A DNA stretch of 45,241 bases, taken from contig JAUCBJ010006784.1 in the NCBI GenBank assembly GCA_032718475.1, forward strand, positions 1-45,241, read 5' to 3'. The position numbers and the translations under genes are program-made. This document shows positions 37,316 to 45,241 of this stretch, in pieces. The notes below the pieces were generated by a model. The model did no database searches. It was not told where the DNA came from and was given only the letters and a program-made list of their open reading frames with translations. This DNA comes from Nemertoderma westbladi (taxonomy: Eukaryota > Animalia > Xenacoelomorpha). The first letter of the stretch is position 1. Each line of letters starts with the position of its first letter.

Positions 37316-38939
37316 TACGTCTGGAGTGGGTGTATGACTATATTATTTTATCTATTTTATTATATTTTTATATGCGAACTTTATTATGTACTTTATTATA
37401 ATCGTTTTTATTCAATTTTATTTAGTAGAATGTTATTTTAGTGATTATTTAGTAGATTAGTGCAATATATTAGTGTTTATTATGTACGTAATTACTTATA
37501 ATATATATTTAGTGCGACGGCGAGAAATAATTTTTTCTCTTTCCTTACTGTCCGTATCATATTATAAATACGTGACTACAGTAAGATGAAATGTCCGTAC
37601 TTCTTAAAGTACAATAAAGCCACTACTATATTCAAGTATTATTGGTAGGCAGAGTATTAGGAATGCAAAATTCAGATCTTCGTGTCTCGGCTAAACCAAG
37701 CTCTGGGTAGACCTTGGAAACGACTTGCCTCTTCACACTGACATTGCTTCGTGCGATATTGCTCTTCTACCTTATATTAAATAATACATATAGTAGCGTG
37801 ATGTCCATATAACAGTAGCGTAAAACGCAAATAAATCTGTTAAACCTTTTGACCATCTGTAATTCTAGTTGATTAAGATATCGCGGCACCCACCGATATA
37901 CTTGAAAGACAAATTCTAGAATCAGTGGTTAACGTCCCCAGACAAGTTCTGGAATAAATCGGTGCCCATCTTAAATATTAATTTAATATTTAGTAAAATC
38001 TGTAAAATTCAGATCCTTTAAATTTCTAGTCAATTAAGATATCGCAGCACTTACCGATACTCTTAAAGGACAATTGTCATAGAATTAAGGATCCTATGCC
38101 CCCAGACCTGCTCTGGAATCAAATTGTGTCAATTTTAACATCAAATAATAAAATTCACGGGAATAAATTTAAATTCATATTTTAAATGAATTTCATAAAT
38201 TGTCATTTTGTGCAATTTATAACATTCCCAAAATTCCATTAATTAATAGATCATGGGAGCGGAGATTAAACCTATTGAGTGTATTAGAGTGCGAGAATCT
38301 CCAACATATAGTCAATAGCCGATAAAATTAATAAAATCATGCATAAAGAGGATATTGACAATTAAAGAATTACTATTAAATAGCATCCCAGATCTGCTAG
38401 CGGTAGAATTACCCTAATTCTACCGCTAGCATTCCATAATGTCACCATAGCAACACCCACGCTAGAATTAGAAGCAAGTTAAAAGAACAATAGAAAGCTT
38501 GTCCCATTGCATAGCATAGAGAGTACATGGCACACTGTTAGTATCCAAGGATACACAGTAATAACGTGACATTCTGGAAGGCACTGACTAACGGACAAAT
38601 GGCCTGTATGTGTACAATTGGTGACAGTTGTGTGGAATTTGTGAGTTTATAGGTGAATGTTACTGCTAAGGTATGTTTACAGTAGCTAGTCGCAATTGTA
38701 AAAGTAGCCCAACTCTCCTATAGAAAGAACCTAAGTGGATCTAAGCCTTTGGGACGGACAGTGGAGTGACTTGTGCCGGTTATCGTTGTCGTGCTGTTGC
38801 TACATGTTGGCGTAAACACCGCGACGACGGTACATCGGCGCTGAGAATCCCACTGTCCGGGGGCAAAGAGAGGTAGGCAGCGACGTCCGCTCGCCTAAAC
38901 ATAAACTCATTTCGATATTAATAAACTCAGATAGCAGAT

Positions 38940-40246
38940 ATGACGGAGTTGATAGAAGATGATCTTGGTATCAGGGAGCGATATACTCTACCTTTACAAG
39001 CATTTGTGGATAGCTTGATACGCGGTGAAACCGATCCAACCATTACGGAGGACGATGGTCGTTATATCGAACCGCCGATGTCCCAAGAGCAACTTACGCG
39101 TGAATTGGACTATCGAAAATTCACCGCTCGCTATACGCATCGTAATAGTACGTATATGGACTTCCTAACTACCGGCCATCCTATCGATTACATGATACGG
39201 AAGATGTAGACACCGAAAGGGAAATGGTTCTATTTAAATATCATACCCAGCGGAGTCGTAACGATAAACCGAGAATAGATCACGAAAATTCTATTCGTAA
39301 CAGACTGGGAAGACGAACCAATATGCCTAGAATCGGAGGAGATTCAGCCTATCGCGCCCGGAACAGCGACAACGATTACATCCTAGAATGGTATCAAGGT
39401 CCACAGTGTCTCACTGCGTACAATTATCACCATGCCAACTATGTTTCTCGGCAACGTTGTCGGTTATGCGCATCGAGAGACCATGTTACGCCCATGGACA
39501 CAAACGTCCGCTGTTCCTATTTCCACGAACAACCGGTGATGGAAATTTATTGCGCGTATTGCAGACTCAATAACTTGCACATTTTTGCGGTTTGCCCTCA
39601 ATTTATGACTCAATGTCACCATTGTCAACTAAAGGGACACGCTAGTTTCGATTGCCCTTTTAATCACGATTTGGAAAGCGTAGATGAAATGATCACACTA
39701 CGTTACATCAGAGCTTGGGAAGCGAACGCTGATTTACATTGTGATTCGCGCCATCGCCATTATCCTGGACGCGCTTATGAAGGAGTTTATGCGTTCCATC
39801 CTTATCTATTCGCTTCTGTCGAACAGAAATCACGCATATCGAGTTACGAGCTACTGAAGCGCGTCGGAGAATGTATATCGACGGCCTTACGAATACCGAG
39901 CCCGCGAACGCGAGTTGGAAAGAACCATTAAACCCCGGAGGTTTCTAACTGCCTATGGTCCACCCACGGCTCTCGTTCAGACCACTCGTAAAGGACCCGT
40001 AAGAGCGGCTGTCTTAAAACGCGCTCTCAAAGCCGTTAGACCCGCTCCCCCAATGTTGATGTCAATCAACCCGGCACTTCGACTGGCGGATACACCGACC
40101 ATAATCCTACACCCTCTGATGCAATCATATTGCACCCTTCACCCAGGAGTTATAGCCCTCCTTGTAAAGTGGCTCGCCCCAAAGAGAAAAGGACTCTGGC
40201 TAGCTTTAAAAAACTGCGTAAACGCCGTCCGCGCAAGAAAGACTAA
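38940..40246 (+). pseudogene. Accessory 3' ORF of element B: Cys/His (CCHC knuckle) protein with basic tail, frameshifted
   Basis: ORFs 38940..39209 and 39224..39931 join if a 1-nt deletion near 39188 (seen relative to A) is repaired. Motifs CRLC...H, CAYCRLNNLHIFAVC and CHHCQLKGHASFDC. Confidence 0.65.
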
Positions 40247-40323
40247 CTGTTTAGAGTATTTACATATATTAGAAACTGTGATTTTGTATATTTATAAACT
40301 TGAATCCCATTTTCTGGGAGCGG

Positions 40324-41507
40324 TGTAAAAGCTTTTGCGGATATACTCAGTCCCCCTCGCCCGCAAGGTACCGTTATAGGTGTTTTAACGGACATAAAAG
40401 TCATTCTTCGATATGTGTGCTTTGGTGGACATGGTAAGGCAAAAAACCCGCAATGCGTAAAATACCCTGGCACAGCTTAGCCTTGATGATTCAGATTACG
40501 ACATCTAACAGCTGGTTGCTGACATGGAAACGGCCATTGGACACATGGTTCTTTGTTTAGCGTAACAGCCAATCAGAGCGATTTTTTCTGTCGATGTGGA
40601 GCTTTTTGGCAGATCATGCTAGGAGTGTTCAGTCTTACTGTTTTTTCTTGATACTTTGTGTTGTTTCTATCTAGGCCAGGAACACCGGCTCTAGAGTCAA
40701 TTCGTTTTCAGACTTTTAGAAGAAACATTAGTAGGCTTAAGATTATAGAGCGTATAACTGTTATCGGTCCATATTAGTTCAATTCATAACATATCATATC
40801 TTAACCTACCGTCTTAATGCTTTTTACTGTTGTCATATTTTGTATCAGTTGGTTGAATATTATTTGGAGAACATTTATAAAGAACCCAAATTTCACAATT
40901 TTCTTGATAAACTACAGGTTAGAGAGACGGGTTATATATAGCGATTGCGACTTATATTATTGTGGTTTGTAGTGAATTTAATGCTATTTGATAAGCACTA
41001 CATGAGTCAGTTACTGTTCTCTTTATATATGATAAAATTCATTGACAGTCGGCAAATTAGTGAGCAGTATTGTGTGTTACCGGTAGTGTGCATGATTGTG
41101 ACTGATAACTAAGCATTTCCTAAAGAATGCGCCTCATACGTGAATCATAAGCCTTACCGACTTACCGTTGTGATTAGTATAGGTCATATCTCTGTTTATC
41201 TAGATAGAGCGCCACGTCCTAAAGGAACTGTTAATATTTCCCGAAAGTGAATAATATTAGTCAGAAATTATTTATTAACGATCAATCGAATAATACAGTA
41301 AGCTTACACTGCAATAATAATCTAAGCCCTCAGAATCCAGTCTCCCGGGTATATCCAGCGGGTGAATGGACGCGCACTAGGCTGGCTTCTGCTAATGTTG
41401 TGTTTATTGGTATTAAATATTTGTCAACTTCTAAAGTCTATTTATCAACCAAAAGACATATAAATTTTGGCAGGTTAAACTGCTAAAGGTCTTTAAAAGC
41501 GCGTACA
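40324..41507 (+). repeat. Element B 3' LTR (1184 bp)
   Basis: TGTAAAAGC...GCGCGTACA, same termini as A's LTR and internally diverged from it. Confidence 0.92.
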
Positions 41508-41768
41508 GCACAGATCATCAGCGTATATAATATGGTTAATTCTGATTGATCCAATTAGACATCCAGTTCCACTGGCATTTAACTGTGTGCTAAGATCGTT
41601 TATGTATACGTTATAGAAGAGGGGGCTTAAGACCCCGCCCTGTCTAGTGCCATTAGTAACTTGGAATGGTAACGAGATAATACCATCCCAACATACACGA
41701 AGTAACTGATTGCGATACCAAAAACGAATTAACAACCGTACTATATAAATTGGAATGCCACGATTCAA
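41508..41768 (-). mobile_element. Non-LTR (LINE) reverse transcriptase fragment cut by the element B insertion
   Basis: NGTRQGGVLSPLFYNVYINDL...HIIYADDL ends at the LTR boundary. Confidence 0.85.
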
Positions 41769-42690
41769 TAATTTATTAAATTATTATTTAATTAATAAAA
41801 TTCTATCGTTAATTCTATCCATCTGCGATAAATCAGCAGTTACTCTCACAGTTTCGAGACTTTGCAAAGTTATAAAGGTCGTTAGTCTCCGTTTAGGAAA
41901 ATTATTTTAAGACAAAACAGGACGAGCGCAACGAGGCTAATCAAGGAGAAGAGTATTGTAAAACTAAAAATGTCATACTTAACTTAAATAGCCCTCGTTA
42001 GAAGGTTTACAAATGACAGTTAAAGTGTGTAAGGGCAAACTGAAGTGGATCTCTGTTTTTACAACTAGTTTATCACAAACTGATAGCATCGCCTTCACTC
42101 ATATATATTTTGGGAAAGACAGTTTTTGTATATCTAATAGAGATTAGTATAATGTACTTTCTAATATAGGCTCTCGTGCTGCGTGAAGGCCCCACGAACG
42201 TGTATTGATTTACTGTTGTACCTTTTGATTTTGTTATATTTGATTACGTATTGTTAACTATATGGAGATTCTACTATATTAATACCGCTGTTGCCGTTAT
42301 CCCAACACCAGGGGGGAAAAACGCCGATGCTGGAGACGTGACTTTACAGACCACCGAGCCCCGGCCAGTCACCGGATATTGATTGTGGAGAAGGAATGTT
42401 TTCTGAGATGCAAGTTTGCGGTTGATAAAAAGCTGCATTAGTTGGATATACTCTTTAATGTAACTTCCTATAGTTGAAACCTGTTCAACATCATTGAAAC
42501 CTGATTAAGAATAATTTTGGGCTTCCCCAAATCAATATACACCAAATATTCACAATAATTATACACGATAATATAAATCCCTACGGTATATTATTTAATT
42601 ACCCACTGTTCGCTCAGATTTTAGCCTACCTAATGTTCCCCAGATTTTTCCCTTGGTCCTAGTCTTAGTGCCATAGTGTCGGTGTCGGTC

Positions 42691-43853
42691 GACCCTGTCG
42701 CGTGTCCGTTCCACCCCTCACGAACCCCGAAGGGAACGATCATCGAGAACCAGCACGGCTTGGCTAAGGGTCGGTCCAGTCGGTAGACTCTGTCGCGTAT
42801 CCGTACCGCCCCTCTCAAACCCCGAAGGGATCGGTCATCGAGAACCAGTACGGCTTAGCTAGGAGTCTGTCGTGTCGGTGGACCCGTTCGCGTGTCCGTT
42901 CCACCCCTCACGAACCCCGAAGGGTTCGATCATTGAGAACCAGAACGGCTTGGCTAGGGGTCCGTCGGTTCATCGCAGAAACCCAACCACCTAGGCTTTC
43001 CGAGTCCCTTTCAGGCTCGTAGTCGCTTCGGCAGCCGAGAAACTGCTCCGAACAGTCGGTAGGCCAGTAGAGTCTAGTCCTTTGTCTTTCGACCCCGTCG
43101 CGTGTCCGTTCCACCCCTCACGAACCCCGAAGGGAACGATCATCGAGAACCAGTACGGCTTGGCTAAGGGGTCTGTCGTCGGTTCCCGTCGCAGATCCCG
43201 GTACAAGCAGTCAGCGTTCCGAGTTCTTTTCAGTCTCGTAATAGCTGCCGTTGACCAGAGACCGCTAAGGGCAGTCCTCGTCAAACCCGTCCTGTGGCCA
43301 GCCCTTTCGCATGTCCGTCCCACCCCTCGCGAACCCCGAAGGGATCGGTCATCGAGAACCAGTACGGCTTAGCTCAGGGGGCAGTCGTTAGTCGGCCACC
43401 CGTTCGCGTGTCCGCTCCACCCCTCACGAACCCCGAAGGGTTCGATCATCGAGAACCAGAATGGCTTGGCTACTAAGGGGCTGTCGTTTCCCGTCGCAAA
43501 TCCCTGACACAAGCAGTCAGCGTTACGAGTTCTTTTCAGTCTCGTAATAACTGCTGTTGGCCAGGGACCGCTAAGGGCAGTCCTCGTCAAACCCGTCCTG
43601 TGGCCAGCCCTTTCGCATGTCCGTCCCACCCCTCACGAACCCCGAAGGGATCGGTCATCGAGAACCAGTACGGCTTAGCTCAGGGGGCAGTCGTTAGTCG
43701 GCCACCCGTTCGCGTGTCTGCTCCACCCCTCACGAACCCCGAAGGGTTCGATCATCGAGAACCAGAACGGCTTGGCTACTAAGGGGCTGTCGTTTCCCGT
43801 CGCAAATCCCTGACACAAGCAGTCAGCGTTCCGAGTTCTTTTCAGTCTCGTAA
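42691..43853 (-). ncRNA. Array of eight 82-87-nt structured repeats (kink-turn plus cUUCGg hairpin) with structured spacers; family unknown
   Basis: Units at 42691, 42785, 42880, 43091, 43301, 43395, 43607 and 43701, with compensatory stem changes and a 306-bp higher-order duplication. The repeat is certain; RNA function is inferred. Confidence 0.6.
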
Positions 43854-43965
43854 TATAATTTTGTTACAATGTTACACTAATACAGCCGGTAGCATAAACA
43901 CAGACTGAATTCCGACTAGCGTAACTTTTCGGTCGTGTCGAATTCGGCTCATCCGACGCTAGTGA

Positions 43966-43973
43966 TCTCTTCC
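43966..43973 (+). promoter_or_regulatory. Putative TCT initiator / 5' TOP start of RPL12
   Basis: Pyrimidine tract tctcttcc about 55 nt upstream of the ATG, as is typical of metazoan ribosomal protein genes. Confidence 0.5.
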
Positions 43974-44022
43974 ACGTTTCTGACAACCGTAAATCCAAAG
44001 GTAACATATTTTGATACACAAT

Positions 44023-44520
44023 ATGCCGCCTAAATTCGATCCTAATGAGATAAAAGTCGTATGTCTGCGAGTCGTAGGCGGAGAAGTTGGAGCAACTTCC
44101 TCGCTCGCTCCCAAAATCGGTCCTCTGGGTCTGTCTCCTAAGAAAGTCGGTGACGACATAGCGAAAGCAACCACCGAATGGAAAGGTCTCCGGATAACGG
44201 TTAAACTCACAATCCAAAACCGACAGGCGCAAATATCCGTCGTACCTTCGGCATCCGCTCTCATTATAAAAGCACTGAAAGAACCTCCGAGAGATCGTAA
44301 GAAAGTCAAGAATATTTCCCACTCCGGGAATATAACAATGGATAACGTCTTGGAAGTGGCGCGTATAATGAAAGATCGATCCATGTCTAAAGATTTCACC
44401 GGCACTGTTAAGGAAATCCTCGGCACCGCGCAGAGTGTTGGGTGTAGAGTCGACGGTAAACATCCTCATGATGTTATCGACGAGATTAACGACGGGGAAT
44501 ACGATATTCCCGACGCGTAG
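44023..44520 (+). CDS. RPL12: 60S ribosomal protein L12 (uL11), intronless
   Basis: [47 protein letters not shown]...[12 protein letters not shown]; intact 165-aa ORF. Confidence 0.97.
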   Translation: MPPKFDPNEIKVVCLRVVGGEVGATSSLAPKIGPLGLSPKKVGDDIAKATTEWKGLRITVKLTIQNRQAQISVVPSASALIIKALKEPPRDRKKVKNISHSGNITMDNVLEVARIMKDRSMSKDFTGTVKEILGTAQSVGCRVDGKHPHDVIDEINDGEYDIPDA

Positions 44521-45241
44521 ACTGGCTGTCCTGTCGGTTTAGTGATAGCCCTATCGTACTGGAGTATGTTGCGTCGGTAGGAGATGTCAATGGATTAAGG
44601 TGCTTCTATTTATCTCTATAGCCATTGTTTTGGTGTATATAAATTCTTGTACGCCAGTATAAATGCAATAATACAATATATACTAATAATAATGGCTGTT
44701 ATAAGTTTTGAATTTTAATTGTGAGTTTTGCTGGTGATTGATACAATTACTATTTCTAAATAGTTTTATTAACAAAGAGCATATAAAAGAAGCACTTGCC
44801 TGTTACAGGTTCTAAAAAAAAGTCCTTTAGGCCTGGCGCATTACCAAATCCACCCCTACAGGCAGCAGGAAGTTGGCCAGGGCCTAATAGTACTCAGGCT
44901 AACCTGAATACTGCTTGCATTTTCCATCCCCCCCTGGCCCTTATAACTATGAAATTATTCCCGTACCCTGTAAGTTGCCCCAAAGTTCGCCCATAAATCG
45001 CCCCCAGTTTATTGAATGTGCCCAAAACCCATGGTCCCGCACCCAGTAGTAATATCAGAATAATCAATTTTAAATAAATACAAAGATATTCAACTCGCGT
45101 TATGGAAAGTTGAAATACCGCGAACAACCGCATAACTTCCAACTTGTTTATATTTGTATTATACGAGGTAAGCTTTGGGCGGCAAATTATCAGTTTCAGT
45201 TCACAATTCAGTGGTGTGCGTGAGAATACATGTTATCTGAT

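Larger units (their letters stand above)
14826..41507 (+). mobile_element. BEL/Pao LTR retrotransposon B (decayed autonomous element, 5' LTR truncated, interrupted by element A)
   Basis: 5' LTR remnant 14826-15346 matches 40987-41507. Domain order gag-PR-RT-RH-IN with BEL/Pao motifs. Purine-rich gggagcgg precedes the 3' LTR. Confidence 0.93.

Noticed and set aside
43236-43270. cgtaatagct and ccgctaagg, resembling the uL11-binding rRNA region
   Set aside because: Short matches in the wrong order, on the strand opposite to the supported structure; likely chance.
42691-43787. Units as SECIS, box C/D or U3 snoRNA, tRNA, or hammerhead ribozyme
   Set aside because: There is no apical AA loop or selenoprotein (SECIS) and no terminal CUGA box D. 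The U3-like GAUGAUCGUUC and T-loop-like GGTTCGATC occur in only some copies. UUGACGAG...GAAA in the spacer cannot form hammerhead stems II and III.
43864-44469. Antisense ORFs of 201 aa and 155 aa
   Set aside because: Shadows of the RPL12 coding sequence.

Overview
AT-rich metazoan (probably invertebrate) genomic DNA. The left third holds minus-strand exons of a class A neuropeptide-type GPCR. Its introns contain an intronless antisense FIS1 gene, RTE- and CR1/L2-type LINE fragments and minisatellites, and a probable Penelope-like remnant lies just beyond the TM7 exon. The centre (14826-41507) is a nested pair of BEL/Pao LTR retrotransposons. The outer one (B) is a decayed, formerly autonomous element. 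The inner one (A, 16656-28503) is a young gag-protease-only relative with apparently identical 1288-bp LTRs and an ACGTA target-site duplication. Neither element has a tRNA primer-binding site. Instead, the 11 nt after each 5' LTR are the exact reverse complement of an 11-mer inside that element's own LTR, with two compensatory changes between A and B, which points to Tf1-like self-primed reverse transcription in a BEL/Pao lineage. Both elements carry a structured intergenic region and an extra 3' ORF (zinc-knuckle-rich in B). At the right end, an array of eight covarying kink-turn/UUCG hairpins on the minus strand (42691-43853), which I cannot assign to a known family, lies head-to-head with an intronless RPL12 gene. 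All comparisons were made by eye; no database search was run.
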